This document shows positions 28,665-38,043 of a stretch of DNA of 59,500 nucleotides, piece by piece. The DNA comes from a virus: the UHGV virus genome UHGV-0209830; one strand, 5' to 3'. The notes beneath the pieces were generated by a model. The model ran no database searches. It saw nothing but the letters and a program-made list of their open reading frames with translations, and had not been told where the DNA came from. The translations under genes and the position numbers were made by a program. Position 1 is the first letter of the stretch, and each line of letters opens with the position of its first letter.

Positions 28665-28802
28665 ATGGATGTTATCTTCGAATTATTAATGCTAATTGAT
28701 CTGTTTATGAACGCTTCATTGACCACGCAAATACTGGCGTCAATATTTTTGTTACTCTTCTACCTGGTATTGAGGGAGTTAACAAAGCTACTAATGTGAT
28801 CA
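28665..28802 (+). CDS. Small hydrophobic protein (about 45 aa) candidate
   Basis: ATG preceded by ggag RBS; not in track (under 60 aa); convergent with gene ending at 28800. Confidence 0.3.
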
Positions 28803-29453
28803 AAGTATCACGGTATCTTCATCAACTTCTTTCCCAGTCAGTGTCTTTGGCTGGGAGGTGCCTGCTTTAACTTTTTCATGCCCAATAATGGACAGGAACG
28901 AAGCGAGTATGCCTGTTTTTTGCTCTTTCTCGACTGTACCGGTCATCTGCTCTACGTAATCCGCACTGGCTACATTGTGGTATACGGTCGCGTAGCAACA
29001 CAGGATCATCAAAATATGCTCCGGCCTGATATCCTGCCAGTTCACCCGGTAGACTTCTTCTCCGTTACCGTTGTATTCGGTGTCAACGATGGAGTCAGGG
29101 ATTTCGAAAGCACCTTTGTTATTTTGCGGCAGGGATAATAGCTTCTGGAGTTTTAACTCTCTGTATCTTTCCATCCCGACGATGATTGCTGCTCTGCCAT
29201 CGGCATGACGGGTCTTGAGAGTCACCTGGCTTGCTCCGGTGCCAGCGGAGATCGTTGGCGTAATTTCGTCTACCAGTACCTTAAATTTGCTTTTCCGCAG
29301 GGCTGCTATAGCTGGAGGAATTTTTTGCTTTTGCTCCAATGCTGACGCGGGAAGGGGTTTTACTTCGTTAATAATGAGAGCACCGTCTTTCAGTATTGCA
29401 GTGAGCATTTGAGGCTTGCTGGTGGTCAGGCTGAATATTGCGATCTTTTCCAT
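28800..29453 (-). CDS. Hypothetical protein (about 217 aa)
   Basis: Track ORF 28800..29495 starts with GTG inside a hairpin; ATG MEKIAIF with RBS ggaggaagg is the more likely start. Confidence 0.5.
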   Translation of the reverse strand: MEKIAIFSLTTSKPQMLTAILKDGALIINEVKPLPASALEQKQKIPPAIAALRKSKFKVLVDEITPTISAGTGASQVTLKTRHADGRAAIIVGMERYRELKLQKLLSLPQNNKGAFEIPDSIVDTEYNGNGEEVYRVNWQDIRPEHILMILCCYATVYHNVASADYVEQMTGTVEKEQKTGILASFLSIIGHEKVKAGTSQPKTLTGKEVDEDTVIL

Positions 29454-29721
29454 TGTCCTTCCTCCACGGATGACGGATACAAAAAAAGGCCGCACATGGC
29501 GGCCTGCTTTGGCGTTATGACTCCCTACCGCGCTTCGGCTGAAAGTTAATCGTCAAAAGAACCTTCAACGGGAGCCGTTAGCGCGATGGATTATGTGCAG
29601 TTTGTGATTTCCAAAATAGTGTCAACCACTTTTGGTGGATTTTATTTTTTAACCGAAATTTGGCCTAAATCATGTTTATGTAGTTAATTGTTTTTATAAC
29701 ATAAAACTTCATTTTGTTTGC

Positions 29722-30345
29722 ATGAAGGATGGTGTAGTGAAGTTAAGGGCTTTAGGGGCCGCGCTCGCGGCTATGTTGGGATGCGTATCTGCTAATACTG
29801 CCAATGCAACTGCGTTACCTGCACAATTCAGGGCAGGGCAGCAGGTTATGAATAACGCTGGTGGAGATCATTCACAAGCGGCCATTATGGACTTTTGCAA
29901 GAGGGAGGGCATTCCATTACGGCCTGTTGGAACTCAGTTTATTGGTAAAACTGACTTTTGCGTTTTTGCATATACAGCATATCTGACGGACAAAGCTATA
30001 ACAAAAACAGGTTATTCAACCAAAGATACTCTTTCCAGATTAAGTCAGGGATGGCAGCAATTCGAAGTGTATCGCCAGCAAGGATTAGGTGAGTTATTGC
30101 AACCTCTTTTTATGCTTGCGTTGGTGCCAGAGGGGCAGCAATTTTTGGTTAAAAAGGGAATGCTTCGCCAAAGTGATATTGCCGGGTTCGATAGCATGAT
30201 GGCTTATGAGCGCAAACTAACCGAGCAGCGAAATAAAAAACCATCTGCTTCATGTGTGCAAAGTAAAACAGCAGAATACAGTGCAGTAGCCGGGCCTTTA
30301 GCCAAACAAATGGCAGAGCAATGGTGTAAAAAATACGGGCAATAA
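29722..30345 (+). CDS. Secreted/periplasmic hypothetical protein (207 aa)
   Basis: N-terminal signal peptide. Confidence 0.5.
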   Translation: MKDGVVKLRALGAALAAMLGCVSANTANATALPAQFRAGQQVMNNAGGDHSQAAIMDFCKREGIPLRPVGTQFIGKTDFCVFAYTAYLTDKAITKTGYSTKDTLSRLSQGWQQFEVYRQQGLGELLQPLFMLALVPEGQQFLVKKGMLRQSDIAGFDSMMAYERKLTEQRNKKPSASCVQSKTAEYSAVAGPLAKQMAEQWCKKYGQ

Positions 30346-30365
30346 GTTACGCAGCGGAGGCAGAA

Positions 30366-30758
30366 TTGAAAAGATTGGCTATTGCTTTACTGGCGTCTTT
30401 CCCTTTGATCGCGAGCGCCGGAAATTTACAAGTTAAGTGCGGTCGGTTTGATATAAAAATCTATCCAGATGCCATATTTCTGAATGGGAATAAGGTTGAT
30501 AACGCACACCGAAAAACTGAATCTGACGTAATGAGCTATGTGTTCCAGGAGTATGCGGAGATGGGGGGAACTTACACGCTGTACTCGCTGGATGTTCCTT
30601 CTCGCGGTGATATGACATTATCCCATCAATGGCAGAACGCCGATGGCGAAGCTCTGCGCGAGGTTAAAACAGAAAAATGTGGCACTTTCCATTCTTTTAA
30701 AGGGAAAGCGCCAAATGTTAAATCTGTGCTTGAAAAACAGCGCGCAGGTGAGCTTTAA
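30366..30758 (+). CDS. Secreted/periplasmic hypothetical protein (130 aa)
   Basis: Signal peptide MKRLAIALLASFPLIASA. Confidence 0.5.
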   Translation: MKRLAIALLASFPLIASAGNLQVKCGRFDIKIYPDAIFLNGNKVDNAHRKTESDVMSYVFQEYAEMGGTYTLYSLDVPSRGDMTLSHQWQNADGEALREVKTEKCGTFHSFKGKAPNVKSVLEKQRAGEL

Positions 30759-31145
30759 ACACCTTTAACCACGGAGATGCCGTTCCCTGCACGATAGCGG
30801 CGGGGAACGGAATTCTCCATCAGGTCACGAATTACTCCCGCCTCATGTAGTTCCACTGTTTCCCAGTATCTGTTTGTCACCAATTACGCCCCGTTCCGCC
30901 AGGGGAAGGTATGAACGAGCTTCTGCTTCGGTTGCAGCCATGACGCAGATATACAGGTGTTTTTGGCAGGAATAGAAACGCCAGATAAATTCAGAATGAG
31001 TTGGGGTGGGGATAGTAGCGATATTGGCAGCCTCCTTTGACTAAGTTAAGGAGCTACCGCGTGAGGTTCCAATTCCGGCACCCGTTTTTCTAAGGTGCCG
31101 TAGAAATATACCCCACGATAAGGCCAGGGCGCAAAAGTCAGTATT

Positions 31146-31313
31146 TTATGCTTTGGCGGATTTCTTCCGGGCTTGCTTGCAGGCGTAGGCCATTGCTTTA
31201 GCTTTCACTTCATCCAGCTTCCCGGTGATCACTTCTTTTCCGAGAGTGACAAACCAGTCATAGCAACCGCCAGTGATGTTCTGGATTTGAAAGTTGAGGT
31301 AGCGAACGGTCAT
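31146..31313 (-). CDS. Small basic protein candidate (55 aa)
   Basis: Hand-found ORF with ATG and SD-like ggggtg; below track size cutoff. Confidence 0.25.
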   Translation of the reverse strand: MTVRYLNFQIQNITGGCYDWFVTLGKEVITGKLDEVKAKAMAYACKQARKKSAKA

Positions 31314-31644
31314 TTTGACACCCCCAGCGCGAGTAAAGAATGCAGATTATCGCGTGAGTGGCGGACAACGAGTGACGGGAAAAGACAGTAGCTGTTCATA
31401 GTGTAGTGACTCCTTGCTTTCGGAGCCGCCATCGACTGTTCCACGGTCTGGTGGCGGCGCAATAAAGGCTGGAACACCGTGAGTCAACGGGGGCTTTTCA
31501 GCCACCTATATTGCGCCGCCATAGGTATGGCGGCGGCAATAATACGAAAAACTATACAGTTTGTCTCAAAAAGTTGACCGGTGTGCCAATCGGTAGTGAA
31601 TGTACATCGGAGAAATTTATAATTCAACTTAAAATGTTAGAAAA

Positions 31645-32262
31645 CTAATTCATCAATTCAATCGCCATCTGATACAACGTCATTTCATCAGCATTGTGCC
31701 GCCTGAAATCTGCTTTACCGCCTATTTTTCCATCAGCATGAACAGGAACCAACCAGGGGTATTGCTCGCGGATCTCTGCTGGCGCTGCGTGTTGATGGTG
31801 CCATTTACACAAAGGGAGGACGTATTTATGCGCGTTCTCTGCTGTTCTTCCGAAGATGTGGTGCAGGGATACCACAGGGCTATGCTGTCCGTGCATATGG
31901 CAGGCAATGCAGGGGAGAGCACCGATGGCAGTTTGTATCCGGCGCTCATCTGCTGTGAGTGTTCTGCCTTTCAGGCCGCGTGACGCGCGAGTTTTTTTGA
32001 CAGGAGCAGAAGCGGCCTTCTCTTTTCTTCGCTGTTCATATTGCTTCGCTTTTTCAATTTTCTTTTGCCGATATTCAGGCGATGCGGCTTTTTCTCGCGC
32101 ACGCTGCTGCTGGCGTTGAGCTTGCTGAAGACGCTTTGCCCTTTGTTCCTCCCGCCATTTCGGATCAGCCAGTTTTTGCAGGGCTTTTTGTGTCTGTTTC
32201 TCCCAATAGCTTTGCTTCATAGAAATACCCGGTTTGTCTACATAGCCGCTATGGTTGATCAA
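31645..32262 (-). CDS. HNH-type endonuclease with KR/Q-rich N-terminus (Ref-like candidate)
   Basis: C-terminal CIACHMHG...HH...CKWHH zinc/HNH-like motifs; disordered basic N-terminus; operator-like palindrome at its start, as for P1 ref. Confidence 0.4.
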   Translation of the reverse strand: MINHSGYVDKPGISMKQSYWEKQTQKALQKLADPKWREEQRAKRLQQAQRQQQRAREKAASPEYRQKKIEKAKQYEQRRKEKAASAPVKKTRASRGLKGRTLTADERRIQTAIGALPCIACHMHGQHSPVVSLHHIFGRTAENAHKYVLPLCKWHHQHAAPAEIREQYPWLVPVHADGKIGGKADFRRHNADEMTLYQMAIELMN

Positions 32263-32264
32263 AC

Positions 32265-32298
32265 ATGTTAGAAAATCAAAATTGATTTTCTAACACAA
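32265..32298. promoter_or_regulatory. Near-perfect palindromic operator-like site (gttagaaaatcaa-N-ttgattttctaac) in divergent promoter region
   Basis: Best palindromic copy of the dispersed motif. Confidence 0.55.
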
Positions 32299-32464
32299 AA
32301 TGAAGATACTTTTTTCAGACGCTATATCAGGAGGTCATGATGCTTGTCGCAATTAGTGCAATCCACCAGCAATCCGGTACAGAAATTGGGTTGCTATATG
32401 TCCTGTTTTTCACTGTCCTGGCGTTGTTTGAGCTGGGCATTGAACTCTTTGCTCTCATCAACTT

Positions 32465-33103
32465 TTGCGTAACGTTCCTGGGGAAACTTTGATGTCAAAA
32501 CGCATTATGAAAATTTACATCGCGGGGCCGATGACTGGTTATCCCGACTACAACCGCACAGCGTTTTTTTCGAAAGCAAAAGAGCTGATGGAGGTAGGGC
32601 ATATTGTTCTGAATCCGGCGCTGTTACCTGCTGGCCTCTGCGAGAGCGAATACATGGATATTTGCCTTGCAATGGTGCGTTCGGCTAATGCGGTCTATTT
32701 GCTCAAGGGGTGGGAGGAATCAGTTGGCGCTCGTGCAGAGCACGAGCTGGCTCAAAAGCTGGGGCTGAATGTAATTTATGAGTCACCAACCAACATTGAA
32801 TGCCAGGTTGCTCCGCATATTTACCGGGAACTGGTCAATGCACTGCGTGATATCGCTGCTGTATATCACGGCACAGAACAGCTTCGTGAGCGCTTAGCCC
32901 ATACCATTTCCTATTACCTTTCTTTATCTCATGAGCACAAGCTCCGCCAGAAGGTAATGATCAAATTTATCATGAGGTTATCGAAATCCCTGGCAAACGC
33001 CGATCCAAAGAATCCATTACCGAAAGAGGCAATGAATTACCTGAAGTCCTGCAACGTTGTTTCTGAAGATGGCGTTCTTTTGGTTAGAAGGAGTTCTGCG
33101 TGA
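32465..33103 (+). CDS. DUF4406-like (nucleoside 2-deoxyribosyltransferase-like fold) protein
   Basis: N-terminal MKIYIAGPMTG...NR.AF...A..L...G..V.NPA pattern; likely start at MSKRIM (about 32492). Confidence 0.45.
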   Translation: MRNVPGETLMSKRIMKIYIAGPMTGYPDYNRTAFFSKAKELMEVGHIVLNPALLPAGLCESEYMDICLAMVRSANAVYLLKGWEESVGARAEHELAQKLGLNVIYESPTNIECQVAPHIYRELVNALRDIAAVYHGTEQLRERLAHTISYYLSLSHEHKLRQKVMIKFIMRLSKSLANADPKNPLPKEAMNYLKSCNVVSEDGVLLVRRSSA

Positions 33104-33417
33104 GCTGGCGGGGATGGGGAAGGGCAGAAATCATGATACTCCGCCAGTGCGCCGGGACTATGACAGTCGAGGGTATTGGGAGACTGATCGGGCGTACCGG
33201 TGGTGCTGTCAGGACTAAAGCGCGGGAGTTGGGGATCAGCATGATTCTGAAAGGAGACTTTCATCCGTCAGCCAAATACCGGCAGAGCGATATAGAACTG
33301 GCACGGCAGCTTCATCAGTGTGGTGTTCCCCGCCGTGAGATCGCAGAAAAACTCGAAATGCCCCTGGGAATGATTAATCAGTACGTTTATTTCGAAAGGA
33401 GAGTGTATGAAGTCTGA
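33100..33417 (+). CDS. Small HTH DNA-binding protein
   Basis: Two HTH-like segments. Confidence 0.45.
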   Translation: MSWRGWGRAEIMILRQCAGTMTVEGIGRLIGRTGGAVRTKARELGISMILKGDFHPSAKYRQSDIELARQLHQCGVPRREIAEKLEMPLGMINQYVYFERRVYEV

Positions 33418-33763
33418 AGGTTTAACGCCCGCACAACTGGCAGAGCGTAACGCTGAATTACTCAGGATTACCCAGGAAAAAGCCTTCCACATACTCGAAC
33501 GATTAGAGACGCTCTCTACGGAGGAGGAGATATCCCCGGAGATGCTGGTTGAGTGCAGCCGTGTGATATTGCGTCGCAAGAACGACATCGCGCGGCTGAC
33601 ATCTGGCGCACTATCCGTATCAGCCAGTCCAACGCTTTATTGCAGCTTCTGCAACAAATCCCAGCACACCGTTAAAAAGTTAATTGCCGGGGACAACGCT
33701 TTCATATGCAACGAGTGCGTGAAAGATTGCAACAACATTATCCAGGAAGATCAAAGGGAATAA
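33407..33763 (+). CDS. Protein with C-terminal ClpX-type C4 zinc-binding domain
   Basis: [38 protein letters not shown] closely matches recalled E. coli ClpX N-terminal ZBD. Confidence 0.7.
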   Translation: MKSEGLTPAQLAERNAELLRITQEKAFHILERLETLSTEEEISPEMLVECSRVILRRKNDIARLTSGALSVSASPTLYCSFCNKSQHTVKKLIAGDNAFICNECVKDCNNIIQEDQRE

Positions 33764-33765
33764 GC

Positions 33766-34461
33766 ATGAAATTTTCCAAATTTTCTGAGTTGGTGAATCG
33801 TATTTTGTCCAACAACCACAGCCATCGTCGCGATATGGATGTAACGATCGTTGTTCATTCGCCTGGCAGCATTGGTTCAACACCTTCAGTTGAGGTTCAG
33901 TCAATTCACGCTGGTTTTGATTGGGATTCCGGGAAAGTGCTGATTTTCCCAGCACAGCCACTGACCACGCTAACACCAGAACAGATTACTGATATTACTG
34001 ATAGTGTGCGCAAAGGTCAGTCCTGGCACGCATATCAGGAATACAAGAAGCATAAAGAGCAGTTGGAAAAATTATCGATTGAACTTGATGCCGCAAAACA
34101 GCGCATTGCAGAGCTGGAGGGTAATTGCGCGGCGCTGGCGGCGGAGAATGCGGGAATAAAGTCTGCAATTCCAGAATCACGGGATATTGAGGATGACAAT
34201 GACAATATGGATGACGTATCTCTCGCGGAAGACTTCGGGTTCAATCATGCAATAGAACGGATGAGGAGACAGATACCTGAAACGCCAACCACTGATGCTT
34301 TCCTGGCTGAAGTCCGGGCGCAGGGATTGGAGATGTTTGCACAGAAATGTAACTCAAAATCCGAACAGTCGCTTGCATCTGATATACGCGATAACTGGAA
34401 ACTACTCGGTGAACATGCAACTGACTTTGCCGATGAGCTTCGAAGAGGAAGCAGCAAGTGA
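33766..34461 (+). CDS. Hypothetical protein with coiled coil (about 231 aa)
   Basis: Track ORF 33706..34461 trimmed to MKFSKF; shares ETPTTDAFLAE motif with ORF 37345..38043. Confidence 0.45.
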   Translation: MKFSKFSELVNRILSNNHSHRRDMDVTIVVHSPGSIGSTPSVEVQSIHAGFDWDSGKVLIFPAQPLTTLTPEQITDITDSVRKGQSWHAYQEYKKHKEQLEKLSIELDAAKQRIAELEGNCAALAAENAGIKSAIPESRDIEDDNDNMDDVSLAEDFGFNHAIERMRRQIPETPTTDAFLAEVRAQGLEMFAQKCNSKSEQSLASDIRDNWKLLGEHATDFADELRRGSSK

Positions 34462-34733
34462 ATATCGACACGACAATAACGATCGATACGCTCCTGAATA
34501 CCGGTCTGGCGCTTCTCGGTTGGCTTTACATCATGTCCCGTACATGGCGATGGCTGGGTTCCATTTTCCTGAAACAGTGGAAAAAACGGCGCAAACAGGA
34601 ACTACGCCAGAAGGCATTAGAAGCGTTCTATGACGCATTTGAACTTGGCAGCATTGAACCAGGCACAACAGCGAGGATAGCGACAAAAGGCGACCTGATG
34701 ATAGTGATGTTCAGACAGGAGAAAACCAAATGA
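34458..34733 (+). CDS. Small membrane protein (91 aa)
   Basis: ORF track; hydrophobic segment. Confidence 0.4.
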   Translation: MNIDTTITIDTLLNTGLALLGWLYIMSRTWRWLGSIFLKQWKKRRKQELRQKALEAFYDAFELGSIEPGTTARIATKGDLMIVMFRQEKTK

Positions 34734-34954
34734 CAGAACAGACGATGACAAATCGCGAACTTGTTGATGCCGCGATTGAACTTGCTGGCGATTTTTATTC
34801 CATGATGGGGTACACGCATCGCCCAGGCTTCAAATATTGGGAGTCTCCGCACCCGCAAGAGCAACGGGTATTTCAAATGGCCTGCCGCGCTTTTGAAGTT
34901 ATTCGCGGTTCTGATGTGATGGACGCGGTTGCTGATTTGGAGGATGAAGAGTGA
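34730..34954 (+). CDS. Hypothetical protein (74 aa)
   Basis: ORF track; stop-start overlap with neighbours. Confidence 0.4.
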   Translation: MTEQTMTNRELVDAAIELAGDFYSMMGYTHRPGFKYWESPHPQEQRVFQMACRAFEVIRGSDVMDAVADLEDEE

Positions 34955-35262
34955 ACACAATTAAAGAAATGCCGGTAGAACGTGATGAATATGGCTGCTG
35001 GACACATCCGGAGTATGAAAAGTTTTGCGCAGGTCGTGAATATATATCCACTGAGGAATTTGACGCCTGGATGAAGGAAAATAATCTTCAGTGGACTATT
35101 CGCAGTATGGATGAAGATGATTTTAATCTGGACGCAGATGGTCCCGATATTGCCGCCTGGGAACCAGAGCGACCAGAGGGCGAAGGATGGTTTGTAGGCT
35201 CTATTCATGACACTGAAGATGGCCCGGTTTGTATCTGGCTGCGGGAGAAGGTTGCCGCATGA
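34951..35262 (+). CDS. Hypothetical protein (103 aa)
   Basis: ORF track. Confidence 0.4.
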   Translation: MNTIKEMPVERDEYGCWTHPEYEKFCAGREYISTEEFDAWMKENNLQWTIRSMDEDDFNLDADGPDIAAWEPERPEGEGWFVGSIHDTEDGPVCIWLREKVAA

Positions 35263-35951
35263 ATCAGGCGCTGCATGAAGTGAATTTATATAGCCGTATT
35301 GATGGTTCAGGCTACAGAAACATATGGGTTGTTGGTGATTTGCACGGTTGCTGCACCCTACTTATGAATGAACTCCATCGTGTGGATTTTGACCCGACAC
35401 AGGATTTACTGATATCGGTTGGCGACCTTATCGATCGCGGCACCGAAAATGTTGAATGCCTGGAGCTATTGCAGATGCCCTGGTTTCGGTCGGTTATGGG
35501 AAACCACGAGCGATTAATGATCGATGCGTTAAGTCCCGCAGGCAATGTGAATAACTGGCTAATGAATGGCGGTCAATGGTTCTTCATGCTGGACACTGAT
35601 CAGGAAATATTAGCCAGGGCGCTGGTGGAGCTGGTAAAGCGTCTGCCCTATATCATTGAGCTGAACACCGGGCATGAAACTATCGTTATAGCCCATGCCG
35701 ACTATCCAGGTGGAGAGTACCAGTTCGGTAAGGAGGTGCCGCTTTTTGATGTTGTCTGGTCGCGCAGTCGCGTCGGTGATTCGATAGATGGCATTGGTGG
35801 AGAAATCACAGGCGCAGATCGCTTTATCTTTGGGCACACACCGGTACGAAGACCAAAAGCATACTGGAATCAGCACTACATAGACACGGGCGCGGTTTTT
35901 TGCGGAAATCTGACGCTAATGCAGGTGAAGGGAGGGCAGCTTAAAGTCTGA
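35259..35951 (+). CDS. Ser/Thr protein phosphatase (lambda-PPase-type metallophosphatase)
   Basis: GDLHG, GDLIDRG and GNHE motifs; track ORF 35229 trimmed to MNQALHEV. Confidence 0.8.
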   Translation: MNQALHEVNLYSRIDGSGYRNIWVVGDLHGCCTLLMNELHRVDFDPTQDLLISVGDLIDRGTENVECLELLQMPWFRSVMGNHERLMIDALSPAGNVNNWLMNGGQWFFMLDTDQEILARALVELVKRLPYIIELNTGHETIVIAHADYPGGEYQFGKEVPLFDVVWSRSRVGDSIDGIGGEITGADRFIFGHTPVRRPKAYWNQHYIDTGAVFCGNLTLMQVKGGQLKV

Positions 35952-35976
35952 TCAAATCATTTACGCACTCAAAAAC

Positions 35977-36010
35977 ACGTTAGAACGTTGATTTTAGTTT
36001 TCTAACATAC
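35977..36010. promoter_or_regulatory. Operator-like inverted pair upstream of ORF 36050
   Basis: gttagaacgttgattttagttttctaac. Confidence 0.45.
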
Positions 36011-36049
36011 TATTTTACCGCTCGGAACAAAACAGAGTCGGTATACATT

Positions 36050-37045
36050 ATGAGTGCAATAATCACACCTCATTTCGTAAACGGAGCTGGTGTGGCTGTC
36101 TTTCCGGTAGACAAGCCCACCAGCAACTACATTGGCGCAGGTCGCCGTTTCATTATCTCTCCACTTCCGCGCGAACAGGCTGAAAACACGCCAGATGGCG
36201 TAGTGGATCTGAACTATTCGCTGGTTGCCAACCAGTCTCTGAAAGCATTTTTTCAAAGCGAGCGCGTATTTAACGCATTAGGCGGTGAAGATTCGCTTGT
36301 TCATTGGGTAAGTTCCAATATCCACGATTGCCAGGCGCACGATAAGCGCGATTGCAGCCACCAGCTAACCACTCATTTCTATAACGGCTCTGCCGTTCGC
36401 CTGTGCTGGAAGCATGATGCGGAATACATGATGAAGGGGTACGGCAAGCTGGATGACCAGTTATCCCTGAATCGTGCCAACTGGGTTATGAACTGGGCTG
36501 CGAGCGAGTTAAAACTACCGCCAGAACGCGATCTGAGCATGGTTGAACTCACTTTTTGGGCCATTCGCCGGAATCTGAAAGACGAGCTGCCAGATGAAGC
36601 CGGTCGCATTGCATTTTGTCAGCCAAAACAGGAAATCCCTACCGGCACACTGAAAGAATCGGATATCACCTGGGAGCACAGCACCCGTGAGCTGGTGGAC
36701 ATAACCGCAGAACAGATCGTCAACCTGTCTGTAGATGAGGATTCCGGCCTGCTGTATATGCGCCGACCAAAAGCGGTCCTCGGTAAAAGCCCGGCTTATC
36801 TCCGGTTTGTGGTTTCTCGTCCGTGCATCGGATGCGGTGGCAAAGTTAACCACCCGTTCATGTACCGCGCCCGCTCGTTAAACGAACACGATCGCTGGGC
36901 CGTTCCTCTTTGCGATGAATGCGCCAGAAGCGCAGAAAACGATGTCCGGGCATGGGAAAAAGCACATGGCATACGCCTTTACGTAGCCGCCAACCAGCTT
37001 TTCGACTTCGCCATCGAGCGCGGAGTGATCACGTTCAATAACTGA
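36050..37045 (+). CDS. Hypothetical protein with C-terminal Cys-rich zinc-ribbon-like region (331 aa)
   Basis: ORF track; CIGCGG...CDEC. Confidence 0.5.
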   Translation: MSAIITPHFVNGAGVAVFPVDKPTSNYIGAGRRFIISPLPREQAENTPDGVVDLNYSLVANQSLKAFFQSERVFNALGGEDSLVHWVSSNIHDCQAHDKRDCSHQLTTHFYNGSAVRLCWKHDAEYMMKGYGKLDDQLSLNRANWVMNWAASELKLPPERDLSMVELTFWAIRRNLKDELPDEAGRIAFCQPKQEIPTGTLKESDITWEHSTRELVDITAEQIVNLSVDEDSGLLYMRRPKAVLGKSPAYLRFVVSRPCIGCGGKVNHPFMYRARSLNEHDRWAVPLCDECARSAENDVRAWEKAHGIRLYVAANQLFDFAIERGVITFNN

Positions 37046-37058
37046 TGGGAACAATGCA

Positions 37059-37358
37059 ATGAGTCAAGGTAATGGTGACGGAGCTGCAAAGTGCAGAATC
37101 TCCACTTGTTTGATTAATGACAAAAAAATAGAACCGTGCGCGGCGTTGGCACAATCCCTGGAGCAGGATGCTGAATACACGACGCGGAAAGGTCTGCTGA
37201 AATACAAAATCTATAACCATGAATTAATTCATTCACAAGACCTGATCATGCTGCGGTCAGGCGAGCTTTCTAAATCGCCGATTCGAATTTCATTTTGCCC
37301 GTTCTGTGGTGAAAGTCTGAAAACGTGGGAAGCGGAGGCAACCAGTGATCAAAATTAA
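37059..37358 (+). CDS. Hypothetical protein (99 aa)
   Basis: ORF track. Confidence 0.4.
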   Translation: MSQGNGDGAAKCRISTCLINDKKIEPCAALAQSLEQDAEYTTRKGLLKYKIYNHELIHSQDLIMLRSGELSKSPIRISFCPFCGESLKTWEAEATSDQN

Positions 37359-38043
37359 CTATCAAGAACTGCGCGAGGCGGCGGAACAGGCAACGCAAGA
37401 TGAATGGGTAGCATATATTTTGCCGGGTCATAACGGCATTTATCCTGCGCGCACGTCTGAGGGTAGGCATTGCGGATACTTTATTGACTGGCCTGGCATT
37501 GATGGACAAAGGAATGCTGGTGCTAATGCCCGTTATATCGCGGCTATCCCACCAAAAGTTGCGCTGGCACTCCTGGGCGAAATTAAGCGCCTGGAGGACA
37601 CAAATATTGATGCTATGTGCCGAATAGCACCGCTTGAGACTAAGCTCGCGGCTCTGGTGGCAGAGAACGCCGGGCTGAAACTCGCAATGGCTGTAACTCT
37701 TAATCATGTGTCGGTCACGGATGCAGGGCAGGCCGGAGTTGCTGCAATGATAATCAACGATGCTCTGCACCACAGCGAAACCCCAGCCACCGATGCTTTT
37801 CTGGCTGAAGGGAAGACTGAAGCACGCAAGGAAGGCGCTTATTTTGTGGCGAACAGAATGTTGGCAGCCTGGAAAGCTGGTTTTATTGATGATACTGCGA
37901 AGAACGCCGCGGATATTGCCCGGATGATCCTTACCTCTACTGAGTTTATGGCTAATGCGCCGGAAGGCGATTTTGATCGCTCATTCTCTGATGGCGTTCT
38001 CGAAGATATCGCCGAACAGCTTCGTAAAGGAGTCATCCAATGA
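37345..38043 (+). CDS. Ea22/Ead-like protein
   Basis: N-terminus MIKINYQELREAAEQA and coiled coil; paralogous to next ORF. Confidence 0.4.
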   Translation: MIKINYQELREAAEQATQDEWVAYILPGHNGIYPARTSEGRHCGYFIDWPGIDGQRNAGANARYIAAIPPKVALALLGEIKRLEDTNIDAMCRIAPLETKLAALVAENAGLKLAMAVTLNHVSVTDAGQAGVAAMIINDALHHSETPATDAFLAEGKTEARKEGAYFVANRMLAAWKAGFIDDTAKNAADIARMILTSTEFMANAPEGDFDRSFSDGVLEDIAEQLRKGVIQ

